A stretch of DNA of 64,000 nucleotides from a virus: positions 15,165 through 79,164 of the IMG/VR virus record IMGVR_UViG_3300021440_000018, one strand, 5' to 3'. Positions 48,482 through 58,849 of this stretch are shown here, piece after piece (position 1 is the stretch's first letter; every line of letters starts with the position of its first letter). The translations under genes and the position numbers were made by a program. Below the pieces are notes generated by a model, which had not been told where the DNA came from, made no database searches, and saw only the letters and a program-made list of their open reading frames with translations.

Positions 48482-49711
48482 TCATACGGAATAGGCCGAT
48501 TTCTTCGCCGAGGTGCTCTGCGGGCTGCTCATACGCACCCGGATCTCCTCGATCGGCAGCACCCGCCTGCCCACATCGCCGTAGGTGCGCGACCTCAGCA
48601 CCACGCTGATCGCACGACGCGATCGGTAGCCTGCCTCATGTGCCCATTTGTCATTCGGTGCAAGGTGGTTCCACGACTCGATCACGACGCTCGGGTGCTC
48701 CCGCGACACGTAGTGGTGATGCACGTGGCCGGTGTCGATGTAGTGGAAGTCGGTCTCCCCGAAGTCCTTGCGGAAGTCGGTCGTCATCACGCCCACGAGC
48801 CGGTCGGGGCGACACTTGTCCGAGTGGTGCACCATGACCAACGTCTTACCCATGCGGTAACCGATGAACACGTTGTCGTTATCCAGGACGTGCACGCGGT
48901 TCGTGTGCGCGTAGGCCACGGTCAGCAACTCGCGCATCCAGAAGTCGTTGATGCGCGAGTGGTTGCCCTGGTTGATGATGACATCGACGTGCCGGGCCTT
49001 GGTCAGCGCCTGCTCCACGATGAAGCGCATGACGCGGGAGTACACGCGCAGCATCCTCGGGTGCCGCCCATCGGCATCAAGGGGGTGGCCGCTGGCCGCG
49101 GTCGTCGCTGTCAGGTTGTCGTAGTGCGTGAAGTCGCCCAGGTCGTTGATGACGAGCCGTTCGCACGCGGGCATCTCCGACAGCAGCATGGCTATCGCGC
49201 CACACAGTTCACTTTCGGCAATCTTCAGGTCGAAGTTCTCATTGGCCTCCGCCGCATGGGCGAGCATGCCGATGTGGGCGTCTCCAATCTGTATCCAAGG
49301 GATCACATCGGTCTGGAAGTCGACCGGGGCCGGTGGGGCGGGCAGTTCCGGCACGTCCTCCAGGAACTCCGAGATGGCCCGCTTGACCATCTCGTTGTAC
49401 TGCTCCTGGGCCAGTTGAGACTTCACCCACTGGCCTGCCGCCTTGCCCTCGGAGTTGTAGTACGTGCTGACCCCCCGTACCACGTAGGGTTCGGGTACCC
49501 TGCGAACCATGTCGAAGGCGGGGGCGTAGCCCTGCAACGCTGCCTTCTGCTGCACCGACCGCACCGCCTTCTCGACCGCGCTGTAGTTGATGCCGAGGGC
49601 GCGGGCGGCTGCTCGCATACTCCCGTGCTCGCGCACGGCCTGCAGCTTGTCTCGCTGCATCTTCGTGGCGAAGTCGTCCAGACCCAAGTCCAGGTCGGAG
49701 GTCTTCTTCAT
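48482..49711 (-). CDS. HTH plus calcineurin-like metallophosphoesterase
   Basis: SMRAAARALGI HTH; DAHIG, GDFTH, GNH, HH, GHVHH. Confidence 0.85.
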   Translation of the reverse strand: MKKTSDLDLGLDDFATKMQRDKLQAVREHGSMRAAARALGINYSAVEKAVRSVQQKAALQGYAPAFDMVRRVPEPYVVRGVSTYYNSEGKAAGQWVKSQLAQEQYNEMVKRAISEFLEDVPELPAPPAPVDFQTDVIPWIQIGDAHIGMLAHAAEANENFDLKIAESELCGAIAMLLSEMPACERLVINDLGDFTHYDNLTATTAASGHPLDADGRHPRMLRVYSRVMRFIVEQALTKARHVDVIINQGNHSRINDFWMRELLTVAYAHTNRVHVLDNDNVFIGYRMGKTLVMVHHSDKCRPDRLVGVMTTDFRKDFGETDFHYIDTGHVHHHYVSREHPSVVIESWNHLAPNDKWAHEAGYRSRRAISVVLRSRTYGDVGRRVLPIEEIRVRMSSPQSTSAKKSAYSV

Positions 49712-50133
49712 ATTCTTTTCCTCCAGTACAAAGAGCGCTTGCCGGCCCACGGACGCGACGGCTCGAAGAGCCGGTAGCCGCAGTGGATCAAGCTGTTCGA
49801 GCTTGCCGGGTTGTCCGTGGTGTCAGTGACGGCCCAGGCTTTGCCCTGGGCGCGGGCGTGCCGCTCACGCAGGTAGATCAGCTTTCGTTGCAGCCCGAAC
49901 CCGCGGTATGCCGGGGCTACCCCGGCACGGCACAGGTACACACAGTCGATCCACTGCTGGGACTGACGAACTCCGGCGAAGGCGGCCGGGGTGCTCTCTT
50001 CGTACACCACCCACCATGTCCCGATCTCGGTGGAGCACGGCTGGTCCCAGGGCAGGGTTAGGCGCTGCAGGTACTCGATGTCGTCCATGTGCCTGCTGCT
50101 GCGTGCGCGCACCAGGGTCAGAGGGAACTTCAC
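49708..50133 (-). CDS. GNAT acetyltransferase
   Basis: RAGVAPAYRGFGLQRKL motif A; NPASSNSL...GY. Confidence 0.85.
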   Translation of the reverse strand: MKFPLTLVRARSSRHMDDIEYLQRLTLPWDQPCSTEIGTWWVVYEESTPAAFAGVRQSQQWIDCVYLCRAGVAPAYRGFGLQRKLIYLRERHARAQGKAWAVTDTTDNPASSNSLIHCGYRLFEPSRPWAGKRSLYWRKRI

Positions 50134-50375
50134 GGAAGGTCCCCATCGCGGACTGTGCCCTCGAAAGTGGGCTCGAAGCCCGTCTTCTCGTGCCCGGGCG
50201 GGGGCTTGTAGGACGTGACCTTGATCTGGTCTGTGGTCGGGTCCAGCGTGCCGTGCAGCATGTGCAAGATGCCCCAGCGAATTCGGCTGCGCCGGATCAC
50301 CAGGTACGACTCTTTTCCGGGGGGCTTCTTGCGTAGCCACTCGGTCAGAGCGTAGATGACGCAATTGCTCCTCAC
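50130..50375 (-). CDS. Hypothetical protein
   Basis: GTGA overlaps on both ends. Confidence 0.6.
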   Translation of the reverse strand: MRSNCVIYALTEWLRKKPPGKESYLVIRRSRIRWGILHMLHGTLDPTTDQIKVTSYKPPPGHEKTGFEPTFEGTVRDGDLP

Positions 50376-50596
50376 GCTGCAGGTTCCAGCATGCGCCAAC
50401 CCGAGTCGACGCTCCAGGCGGCCAGGGGCCGCTGATGGAAATCGTCAACGACGATCCGCAACCTGATGGGCACCATCATCACGGCCAGGTCGCTCGCTCT
50501 CTTGAGTACCTCGTCGATGTCGTCGAGGTAGAAGCGACCGAAGCTGCGCCAGCGAGACCCCTCCCCTCCCATCTGGCGCTGCAGGATGAGAGTCAT
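50372..50596 (-). CDS. Hypothetical protein
   Basis: Directly follows the endolysin gene. Confidence 0.6.
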   Translation of the reverse strand: MTLILQRQMGGEGSRWRSFGRFYLDDIDEVLKRASDLAVMMVPIRLRIVVDDFHQRPLAAWSVDSGWRMLEPAA

Positions 50597-50600
50597 GGAT

Positions 50601-51068
50601 TCACGCTTCCGTCAGGTTCTTGGCGATGCGCCTGGCCCACCCTCTGGAGAACGCGGGCCACGTTGGCAGATCCGCCAGCAAGGCCAGCCGATGCCCGTTG
50701 AACACGGCGCGCAGCCGATCCGGGGGCATGCTCTGCGCAGCCTGCAAGGTGCGGGGACCGAGCACACCGTCCTCGGTCTCGCCCACCGCACGCTGCAGCA
50801 GCTTCACCGCGGCCTTCACGCCGCTGTTCACGGCGGCGTCGAACAGGTCGAACTTCATCCCGCCACGCACCACATCGCAGCCCGCGGGTCCCCAGTAGTC
50901 GCGGGCGTAGATTTCCTTCGCCCGCTCCAGGGTCATGCCGGCAATGTCTTCGCCGGGGTAAGCGCGTCGGCTGATGCCGAACTTCGTCTCACCACCAGGG
51001 TCAGAGGGGTTGTTGGTGTACCCGCCCTCGTGACCGATCAGGCGCGTGAAGGCTTCGTTGAAGTCCAC
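50601..51068 (-). CDS. Endolysin, glycoside hydrolase family 108
   Basis: HEGGY...DPGGETKFGI...FDAAVNSG...GWARR. Confidence 0.93.
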   Translation of the reverse strand: MDFNEAFTRLIGHEGGYTNNPSDPGGETKFGISRRAYPGEDIAGMTLERAKEIYARDYWGPAGCDVVRGGMKFDLFDAAVNSGVKAAVKLLQRAVGETEDGVLGPRTLQAAQSMPPDRLRAVFNGHRLALLADLPTWPAFSRGWARRIAKNLTEA

Positions 51069-51077
51069 GACGCACTC

Positions 51078-51506
51078 CTAGGCCACCCCTTTGACCTTCT
51101 CTACCGTGCGCTGTACCCCGTAGCCGGTCATGACCGTGCCGAACAGGATGTACAGCGCATCGGGGATGGCCGTGAGCCAGGCTTTGAATCCCGCAGCAAC
51201 GGCCGCTGCCACCGAGGGGCTCCACGCGGAGACCACACCCATGGGCAGCCCGAACAGCAGCATGATGTAGACCACGTACAGGAAGCTGGGACGCGCCCGA
51301 CTGGTCCACGGATCAGTGCTCTGGGCCTCAGCCAGGATCGCCGACATCGTGACCTTGATCAGGTCAAGTTCGCCGGCCTGCTGCGCCTGGTACATCGCCA
51401 GCTTCGCCGCGTCACGCTGCGCGGGGTCCGGTACGAAGCGATCGATGGCCTTGCCAATCAGGTCCATCCCCGCGGAGATGGGATCTTTGAAATCAACCAG
51501 TGCCAC
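51078..51506 (-). CDS. Holin (3TM/GTA-holin-like)
   Basis: WTSRARP, TM segments, GYGVQRTVEK. Confidence 0.8.
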   Translation of the reverse strand: MALVDFKDPISAGMDLIGKAIDRFVPDPAQRDAAKLAMYQAQQAGELDLIKVTMSAILAEAQSTDPWTSRARPSFLYVVYIMLLFGLPMGVVSAWSPSVAAAVAAGFKAWLTAIPDALYILFGTVMTGYGVQRTVEKVKGVA

Positions 51507-51533
51507 GTCGAGTGCTCCCTATTTACGAAACTG

Positions 51534-51836
51534 TCACTTCGACTGTCGAAGTTCGTATGCCTGAAGGCGGCGCTCGTGGTCCGCGATCTTCATGTCGTGC
51601 TCAACGTCCTTGACGTTGTTCGACGAGATCATCATGCTCAGATCCTTGACCTGCCTGAGCAATTCCTTCTGGGCAGCCATCTGCTCGACCAGCATCTCGC
51701 CCTGGCGTTGTTGCGAGAAGTACACCCCGATGGCCTGGCCAACAATGACGAACATGGCTCCAAGCAGCCAAGGCAGGGGCACCTCCCACTTGATGCGAAT
51801 TGGAGACACTTCGCGTGACTCTTCCTGGTCAGACAT
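51534..51836 (-). CDS. Membrane protein with coiled coil (lysis accessory?)
   Basis: One TM plus coiled coil, upstream of the holin. Confidence 0.55.
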   Translation of the reverse strand: MSDQEESREVSPIRIKWEVPLPWLLGAMFVIVGQAIGVYFSQQRQGEMLVEQMAAQKELLRQVKDLSMMISSNNVKDVEHDMKIADHERRLQAYELRQSK

Positions 51837-51918
51837 AGGCAACCCCGTACACCGTTTCCCAATTCTACCGAGGATCAGGCCAAACACGCTAGGTTCCTTA
51901 CTTTAGGGATTGTCACGT

Positions 51919-52785
51919 TTAGGCGAATGTGATTCCCCACTGACCAGCCGGGAATGAGGGGGCGGAGGCCCCCGAGGCGATCGTCTTGGGTGTGGTCAAG
52001 GGGGCCCAGAACAGCAGGTTGCCGGCCGTGCTGGCGTCGTGCAAGCCCGCCCACCCTGTGGTGCCCCAGCTTCCGCTGGGCGCTCCGAAGGTGATCGCTG
52101 CGTTGTTGCTGGTCTTGCCGAGGGTGCCGGTGCTGGCCGTGGTCGATCCGGCACTCTGCGTCCCGGCCCAGTTGGCCAGGCTGCCCGTGATCGAGACGCG
52201 GGCGTAGTTGACGCCCCCTCCGACCTCGGTCCCACCCCCCGCGTTCGAGGGGGTCGCAGTGAACAACGAGGCGTACATCGTCGCCGGGAACGTGAATGCC
52301 TGACCCCGGAAGATGAAGTCGATCAGCTTGTTGGACAGGTAGTCGCTGCACCCGCCCGACAGACCCAGCGTCAGGTTCAGGGCCCCGATCGCTACCGTCA
52401 CCGCGAAACTACCGTCGGCAACGATGGCAGCCGGCAGGGGGATGTAGCAGACCACGTTGCCACCAGACGAGGCGTCGTAGATGACCACGTAGGAGGCGGT
52501 GCCCCAGTTGCTGCCCGGCGTGCCCCAGTTGATCGCGGCGTTGTTGCTGGTGGCGTGGCTGGTCCCCGAACTGGCAAGGGTCGTCCCAGCCCCTTGCGTG
52601 CCTGCCCAGGTGGCCAGGGCCCGGGTCAAGCCCATCCGAGCGTACCCGGTGCCCGAGAGTTCAGTCGCGCTGTTGTCGGTGGCCGCTGATGCCAGTCCCG
52701 CGTACAGGGTGCCTGGAAGCGCCCAGGACTGCCCGCGGATCATGTCGACCAGTTTGTTCTCGGCGTAGTCTGAAAAGTAGCTCAT
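51919..52785 (-). CDS. Tail fiber-like protein with duplicated domain
   Basis: Two homologous halves (SDY..NKL.D.IRG...WAGTQ.AG.T.AS.GT...TSNNAAI). Confidence 0.75.
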   Translation of the reverse strand: MSYFSDYAENKLVDMIRGQSWALPGTLYAGLASAATDNSATELSGTGYARMGLTRALATWAGTQGAGTTLASSGTSHATSNNAAINWGTPGSNWGTASYVVIYDASSGGNVVCYIPLPAAIVADGSFAVTVAIGALNLTLGLSGGCSDYLSNKLIDFIFRGQAFTFPATMYASLFTATPSNAGGGTEVGGGVNYARVSITGSLANWAGTQSAGSTTASTGTLGKTSNNAAITFGAPSGSWGTTGWAGLHDASTAGNLLFWAPLTTPKTIASGASAPSFPAGQWGITFA

Positions 52786-52794
52786 GTGCGGTCC

Positions 52795-55617
52795 TCAGGG
52801 CGAGTCCATTTGGGCGTTGTTCTGCAGGGCTATGGTGGCCTGGTCCAGAACCAGCCCGCTGGAGGCTTCCCGGATCTCGACCTTCATGATCGAATAACCA
52901 AGGCCGTTGACCACCCAGGTGCGGGTCGTGGACAGGCTGAGCCAGGCGCCGGTAGCGGCAGATCCTGTCATGTCAGCCGGGCTACCCAGCCAGTTATCGG
53001 TTTCCAGGATCGTTGCCCGGACCTCGTACAAAGCGACAGTCGCCGGCTCAAGCGGGGCATTGCTGGCCCACTGCCCGCTGATCGAGTTGGTCACGTCGCT
53101 GCCTGTCTGCCAGATGCGCTCACTGGAGGTTCCGGTGTTACTGAGCGTGTAGCTGGTCAGGAACCCGGTCACTCCGAATTGGCCCCCTGCGATGACGTTC
53201 CGATCCACCAGATTGACGAGGGCGATCGTGTACGAGCCCCCTCCAGTGCTTCCGCCGACGCCTCCCGTCGTTCCGTCCACCGGGTCCTGGATCTCTCCGG
53301 GGCCGGGCAGCAGAGCGAGATCAACCTCGTGCACCCGGTTGTCCTCGGCCACAGTCTCGATTTCGATGGTGGGGGCGCCGTCGCGCGACTTCCCGCGCTT
53401 TCGGATACCAAGCACACGCACCATGATCCTGTGCTGCCCGGACGCACCGAACACGAATTTCGGCCGCTCCCGGTTGGCATCGTCCAGCACCAGGGACATG
53501 ACCGTGATGCCGTCCGCCATCATGGGCGCACTGGCCAACACTACGTCGTACGGTGTGGGGCCCGGGGTCACGGCAATGGCCGGCGTGACGCTGCCGTCGT
53601 CGCGCCGGATACTGATGTAGTGGCTGGCGCCGGCAGTGAACACCGCAGGCTCGGACAGACCCATGACCAGGGTCCCAGCGTTCCAGAAGGCCACGTCTCC
53701 GGTCTGCCCCCAACCTGGCAGAGCCGGCGCGAACATCACGGCGCTGCCATAGGCCGGCAGCATGCCCTGCATCTCGGTCTCGAACTTCGGGAACTTGCGC
53801 CGGTACATATTCTGGGCGGCCAGGTACAAGCCCTCGCGCTCGGCGTGCTTCGCCCCTGTGATGCCCATGATGCGTTGGCGCACGGCGTTGACCGGGGTCA
53901 CCACCCCCGGGGCCTTGCACAGGATCTCGCGCCAGTCCCAGGCCCGGTTGTTGAAGTATTCGACGATGACGCCGTCGGCGGTGATCTCCGTGGCCAGCGA
54001 GTACCCAATGTTCATCGAACCCGGCAGAATGTCCCGGCTGGTATACGCGGTCACGGGCAGGGTCTGCAGTTGATCCCGCGCCACCGTGCACACGCCACCG
54101 CGCTGAAAGGGTACAGCACGGCCGACCATGCAGATAGTGCGGTCGGCGTCGATACTCGTGACCTTGCTGTCGAAGAGGAGGTCCAGGCGGTCCTGTCGCG
54201 TGTCGTAGGTGGCAGCCAGCGCCGCGTGCGTCACCAGGTCGATGCGTGAGTCGGCCAGCCCATCCCCGTAGACCGCGTTGGTGAGCTTGTCCAAGCGGGC
54301 CCACATCGGGTTGCGGGTTTCGACCTCGGCGGTCCATCCACCACCCTGGGACCAGGTGCGAAGCTTGCGACGGACGATGGCGCCGATGCGGCGCTGACTT
54401 AGGCCGCTGAGTTGCTCGCTGGCCCGCACACGAACGGCCAGATGTGTCGCCGAGGACGAAAGTGTGGGCGTCGCATCGAGATAGGCGCGAAGGCCCGCCC
54501 AGGTCATGTCGTGCAGCGCGCGAATGCTGTCGTTGCGAGCGTCGGTGCGGATGATCCGAACCTCTACACGAGACGGACTCGACAGCGTGTACTTGAAGCT
54601 GAGTCGCTGGGGTTCTCCCTTTGCCCGGGTCACCGTCTCGACCCCGAGCACATACCAGTTGCCCGTGGACGTGCCGAAGTCGTCGATCGGCCGGGCCGAC
54701 ACCTGGAACGAGGCCGACAGGTTGCCGATGTTCCCCGAGTTGTCGGCCAGTCCAAGGCCGCGAGGAAAGACGATGTCGATGCCGATCGACGCTGCCTGCA
54801 GAGTGGGGCCGCAAGCGGCGAAGCCCCCGACACTCTGCCCGCTCTTCAAGTCTTGGCCGGCTACTTCCGGGGCCGTGACGACGTTGCCTTTCGGGGGATC
54901 GCCCAGGAACAAGGTCGAGGTCGGCGCCGCCTGGCCGGGGGGGAGGATCTCCCACACGACATCCTGGAACGAGTTGATGGCGGTGTCGTCGATCTGGACC
55001 CGCTCGAAGTTGTAGCTGCCCTGCCCCACGCAGTAGAGGGCATAGAAGTATTGGTCGTTGTTGCCGTCGTACTCGGTGTAGGGCTGCGCAGCGAAGTCCG
55101 GGTAGACCAGCATGCGCCCGTAAATCACAGGGATGGGCTGATTTAGGCGAGCCTGGTTGGCGGACAGCGATACGTTGTAGACCGAGCCCTGGCTCTGGGC
55201 GTTGTTCGCGGGGTTGGCCTGCTGGATCGGGACCAGGGCGTTGATGAGCGCTACGGCCGCGAGATTGAGGCCCACGTTCAGGGCCGCCGCTGCATAGACG
55301 GGAAGGTCAAGGCCCCCAGTGAGGGTGGTAATCGCCACCATGGCAATGATGGTGAGGATCGTGCGAGACCCCGCACCGCCACCGCCCTGGGGCAGGATGT
55401 GCCACTCGATCACATCCCCGGGGAAGGCCGGGCGCCACCAATCCTCACGCAGCAACCACTGCCCGTTGACGCGGAGCATCAGCGGGAAGCTGGTCTGCGG
55501 GGCGAGGTCTCTGAGCGGCGTGCCAGGCCACACCGACTGCGTCGTCGGGGGCGCAAGCGGGTTGTCCCACACGGCCATGGCCGCGGGCTCAACCACGGCG
55601 GGCAGCAGGCGGTTCAT
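52795..55617 (-). CDS. Tail tip/host-specificity protein (lambda J-like)
   Basis: NQARLNQPIPVIYG, TRNPMW; follows the NlpC gene. Confidence 0.85.
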   Translation of the reverse strand: MNRLLPAVVEPAAMAVWDNPLAPPTTQSVWPGTPLRDLAPQTSFPLMLRVNGQWLLREDWWRPAFPGDVIEWHILPQGGGGAGSRTILTIIAMVAITTLTGGLDLPVYAAAALNVGLNLAAVALINALVPIQQANPANNAQSQGSVYNVSLSANQARLNQPIPVIYGRMLVYPDFAAQPYTEYDGNNDQYFYALYCVGQGSYNFERVQIDDTAINSFQDVVWEILPPGQAAPTSTLFLGDPPKGNVVTAPEVAGQDLKSGQSVGGFAACGPTLQAASIGIDIVFPRGLGLADNSGNIGNLSASFQVSARPIDDFGTSTGNWYVLGVETVTRAKGEPQRLSFKYTLSSPSRVEVRIIRTDARNDSIRALHDMTWAGLRAYLDATPTLSSSATHLAVRVRASEQLSGLSQRRIGAIVRRKLRTWSQGGGWTAEVETRNPMWARLDKLTNAVYGDGLADSRIDLVTHAALAATYDTRQDRLDLLFDSKVTSIDADRTICMVGRAVPFQRGGVCTVARDQLQTLPVTAYTSRDILPGSMNIGYSLATEITADGVIVEYFNNRAWDWREILCKAPGVVTPVNAVRQRIMGITGAKHAEREGLYLAAQNMYRRKFPKFETEMQGMLPAYGSAVMFAPALPGWGQTGDVAFWNAGTLVMGLSEPAVFTAGASHYISIRRDDGSVTPAIAVTPGPTPYDVVLASAPMMADGITVMSLVLDDANRERPKFVFGASGQHRIMVRVLGIRKRGKSRDGAPTIEIETVAEDNRVHEVDLALLPGPGEIQDPVDGTTGGVGGSTGGGSYTIALVNLVDRNVIAGGQFGVTGFLTSYTLSNTGTSSERIWQTGSDVTNSISGQWASNAPLEPATVALYEVRATILETDNWLGSPADMTGSAATGAWLSLSTTRTWVVNGLGYSIMKVEIREASSGLVLDQATIALQNNAQMDSP

Positions 55618-56021
55618 GGCCGGGTACGCCGCCAGAACTCGAAGTTCTTGAAACCGCCCAGGCCCAGGTCGCTCAGAGGCTGAGCGCACACACCAGCACC
55701 CTCGATGCAGTGCAGGACCAGCAAGCTTCCGTTGGCTTCGACCATGACCCCTACGTGCTTTCCTTCAAATCCTGTCATTATCGCAATGTCGTCGATCTGC
55801 GGGGGGCACATTCCGACGGACCTCCACCCGCTGACCCGAGCCGCCTCCTGGATAGCGGCGAGATTGGTGTCCTCGCCAACGGCGACGGCGGGCATGGCAA
55901 TACCGTGCACGCGCTCGAAGACGTACCTCACCAGGCCCCAGCAATCAAAAGCATCGGGGCCTGTAGCCCCGCGCTCATAGGGTCGATGAATGAGGTCGGC
56001 AGCCCAGTGTTGTGTGGTCAT
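55614..56021 (-). CDS. NlpC/P60 tail assembly protein
   Basis: FDCWGLV...HVGV...VLH. Confidence 0.9.
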   Translation of the reverse strand: MTTQHWAADLIHRPYERGATGPDAFDCWGLVRYVFERVHGIAMPAVAVGEDTNLAAIQEAARVSGWRSVGMCPPQIDDIAIMTGFEGKHVGVMVEANGSLLVLHCIEGAGVCAQPLSDLGLGGFKNFEFWRRTRP

Positions 56022-56584
56022 CGTGCAGTCAAGCCTGGGTACTGCGCCGAGGTGTACTCCTGGCGCGGGAACCCTCGATTCGAGGGGTCGTAAAACACCG
56101 CCTTCGCCGTGACGCGCGTGTCGGTCACCTGCACGTCGCGCAGCGTCATGGTCAGCACCGGGGTCACGGCTGGAGCAGTGAGATCGTCGCTGGCGTAGAT
56201 GCGCTCGGTGATGGTCACGGGCACAAGCGTGGCCAGCGCGTAGTCAAGCTGCTGGACCAGGAGTTGGCTGACCCCGTCCACGGCGAACGAGATGGCCGGG
56301 GTCTGCCCACCGTCGTTCTCGTCCGGGCCGCTCACCTCGACCGGCAGCGCCTTGAACAGCACGGCGATGCTGGGGTTGACCGGGGCGGTGGACTCCAGCG
56401 TGGCAGTCAGGTCCTGGTAGTCGTTGACGATGCGGATCGCGTACGCTGCCCCGTTGTCCACGAAGCTCGGGTGCCGCAACTCGTAGGTGGCGAGCATGAC
56501 GCGGCTGACCGGGGCGATGGCCATGGCCTCGGCGTACGCCTTGCTGAAGGAGACGCCGTTGACGGGGGTCTGGTAGGTGGGCAT
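56018..56584 (-). CDS. DUF1833-like minor tail protein
   Basis: TYELRHPSF...FP...Y....YPGL; position in tail module. Confidence 0.8.
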   Translation of the reverse strand: MPTYQTPVNGVSFSKAYAEAMAIAPVSRVMLATYELRHPSFVDNGAAYAIRIVNDYQDLTATLESTAPVNPSIAVLFKALPVEVSGPDENDGGQTPAISFAVDGVSQLLVQQLDYALATLVPVTITERIYASDDLTAPAVTPVLTMTLRDVQVTDTRVTAKAVFYDPSNRGFPRQEYTSAQYPGLTAR

Positions 56585-56587
56585 GGA

Positions 56588-57583
56588 TCAGTGATCCGGG
56601 AAGGGTGAAGTAGGGGCGGTGTATGGGCTGCCGTACCTGATCCGTTTGGTGATACGGACCTCGTCGTAGTCCCCACTGAAACCCCCGAGTTGGAAATCCG
56701 TAAAACTTGAACTTGCCCAGGAGAACCCACTATACGAGCCTACGGAAGAACCATCCATAAAGGCTGTAACACTCCCCGCGGCCGCATTGAACTGAACGGC
56801 GATGTGGCTATAAATACCAGCCACAAAATACTGAGTGATGGGCAGATAGGCGGCCAAAACAGGGGAGTTGACGTAAACCTCCAACAACCCTGCGGTGCAG
56901 TACCCCGCGATCAGACGCCCCAGCCCCGAAGGTCCGAATGCAAACAGGCGTGTAGATCCCGCACCGCTCCATTTGAAGTGCCCCTCGATGGTCAGATCGG
57001 AATTCATGGCGAGAGACAGGGATGTCGTACCGAAGTTATGGGTATCGGCTGTGCCTCTAGCCCCGGCGTCGCCAAATCTCGCGGCCAACCCGCTGATAGA
57101 TCCAGTACCCCCAGTAAGGATCAAGTTCGGCCCCACGCTAGACGTGACCGTCGCACCGCTAATCCCGTCCATGTGGTTCAGAAGGATCACGTCGTCGAAC
57201 ATCGGGTCTGTGAAACCTGGGGCGATCCCGCGGCCTCGAACCTGGACCTGGGCTGAGACCACCCAATGGCCGCTGCCGGCCACGTACTTCCATTGAGGTG
57301 TGGAGATGAACCTGCGGACCAGCGATACCAGCCCCTGCGGGGACGGCCAGGTGGCGGCGAACCATGCCCCTCCCGATGTCTGGTCCGCCTTCCACCACGC
57401 ATCAAAGATGCTGGCCTGGGCCGGCGTCAGAAACCACTCCACCCTCTGACGTGCCAGGTAGTCCGCCTGCCAGCCACGAAGCTGCAGAGGCCCGGACAAG
57501 TCGGAGGCCGCCCTGCGCTCAGCGGGGGTCGTCCCGCTCACGCTGGGCAGGGGCAGGGTCGGGGGGAACTCTGACAGGGCCAT
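56588..57583 (-). CDS. Distal-tail-like domain fused to LamG/ConA domain
   Basis: N-terminal LTPAQASIFDAWW; C-terminal DLTIEG...GDYDEVRITK..RY...PTSPFP. Confidence 0.7.
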   Translation of the reverse strand: MALSEFPPTLPLPSVSGTTPAERRAASDLSGPLQLRGWQADYLARQRVEWFLTPAQASIFDAWWKADQTSGGAWFAATWPSPQGLVSLVRRFISTPQWKYVAGSGHWVVSAQVQVRGRGIAPGFTDPMFDDVILLNHMDGISGATVTSSVGPNLILTGGTGSISGLAARFGDAGARGTADTHNFGTTSLSLAMNSDLTIEGHFKWSGAGSTRLFAFGPSGLGRLIAGYCTAGLLEVYVNSPVLAAYLPITQYFVAGIYSHIAVQFNAAAGSVTAFMDGSSVGSYSGFSWASSSFTDFQLGGFSGDYDEVRITKRIRYGSPYTAPTSPFPDH

Positions 57584-57595
57584 GGCTACACCGGG

Positions 57596-58303
57596 TCAGG
57601 CGTCCGCATACTCCGAGGTTGGGACCTCGATGGGGTATTGACTCTCCGACCTGGTCAGGAATCTGAACTCGTCCACGTACCCAGTCATCGAGCCGATCTC
57701 GGGCATCGCCCCGATGTAGACGTACTGGCAGTTACCAACGTACCCAGCAGTCGCTTTGGTGCCCATCAGCACCTCGTTCACAAACAGCTTGATGCACGGG
57801 TTGCTGGAGTTGTTGACCGAGTCCACCCGAACGAAGTACCAGGCCCCAGTGATTGGTGTCCACGCCGCCGTGATGTAGTTCGTCCCCGCGGCGTCGACGT
57901 ACCAGTTGCTTGAGTCGGCCCATACCCTAAGGTAGGTGCTGGCGCTGGCGTAGAAATCTGCGCCGCAAAGAACGTGTCGAGGGGATGCAGCATCACACCA
58001 AAGCCACCCGGAGATGGACCACCCTGTTGCGTAGGAAAAGCTGGTGGCCGGTATGGATAGTTGAGCCCTCTTGCTCGTCGCAGAGTCAGTTCTGAGCGAC
58101 GTGGCCCCAAACTTTGCCTGCGTGGAGCTTAGAGTCGCAGAGTTCTGTAGAGTTACGGACCTGGCGTAGCTGCTCGAATCCGAGGTGCTCGTTGCCCCGT
58201 CCGAACCGTTGAAGTGCAGCAGGGCGTTCACGTCAGTGAACGGGAAGCCACCAGTAGCCTCCCGCCCCCTCAACAGCACCGCAGACCTGTGAATCCGGCG
58301 CAC
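57596..58303 (-). CDS. LamG/ConA-like tail protein
   Basis: LLHFNGSDG...AKFG...GYVDEFRF; GTG start just after the upstream stop. Confidence 0.75.
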   Translation of the reverse strand: MRRIHRSAVLLRGREATGGFPFTDVNALLHFNGSDGATSTSDSSSYARSVTLQNSATLSSTQAKFGATSLRTDSATSKRAQLSIPATSFSYATGWSISGWLWCDAASPRHVLCGADFYASASTYLRVWADSSNWYVDAAGTNYITAAWTPITGAWYFVRVDSVNNSSNPCIKLFVNEVLMGTKATAGYVGNCQYVYIGAMPEIGSMTGYVDEFRFLTRSESQYPIEVPTSEYADA

Positions 58304-58307
58304 GTCG

Positions 58308-58847
58308 TCAATCCTGAATGACGTGCAAGCGGAAGGTGAACTTCTCGGCGCTGGAAGGGGTGTAGGCGTTCCTAACGACAACGATGCCGTACAGGTTCGT
58401 GCTCGACGACGCCGACGCCCTGCTCTTCACCTTGGCTTCGACGTGCTGGATCATGTTCCCATTGCTGCCCGAGGGGGCGGCAACGATCGCGCCAGATCCA
58501 AGGAGAGACACGTACCCCAGGGACTTCTCAAGATCCGAGTCGGTGGGGTTCCATGCAGCGTTGTCATTCTGGATGGTGATCGAGGTGTCGAACAGCCAGA
58601 GTTCGAGATCCGCCTTCGTGGCCGGAGCCGTGCTGTAGACCAGCGTGACGCCGTCGATCAGGTACCCCAGGCCGTTGGCCCGGCTCACCCCCGAGAAGGT
58701 GAGGATCGTGGCCGCCGAAGTGCTGTCAGCCAGCACGTCCCCCGCAGCGTAGGCCGTCGTGTCTGCCGGCCGCGTGTAGCTGGCGGTGATGACCTTGCTG
58801 ACGGGGCGCAGCAGCGCCAGAGGATCAGGTAGGACTTGCAGAGGCAT
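58308..58847 (-). CDS. Virion structural protein
   Basis: RPADTTAYAAGD motif; tail operon context. Confidence 0.65.
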   Translation of the reverse strand: MPLQVLPDPLALLRPVSKVITASYTRPADTTAYAAGDVLADSTSAATILTFSGVSRANGLGYLIDGVTLVYSTAPATKADLELWLFDTSITIQNDNAAWNPTDSDLEKSLGYVSLLGSGAIVAAPSGSNGNMIQHVEAKVKSRASASSSTNLYGIVVVRNAYTPSSAEKFTFRLHVIQD

Positions 58848-58849
58848 GG

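Noticed and set aside
52795-58303. Diversity-generating retroelement targeting tail genes
   Set aside because: No reverse transcriptase and no adenine-variant TR/VR pair seen in the window
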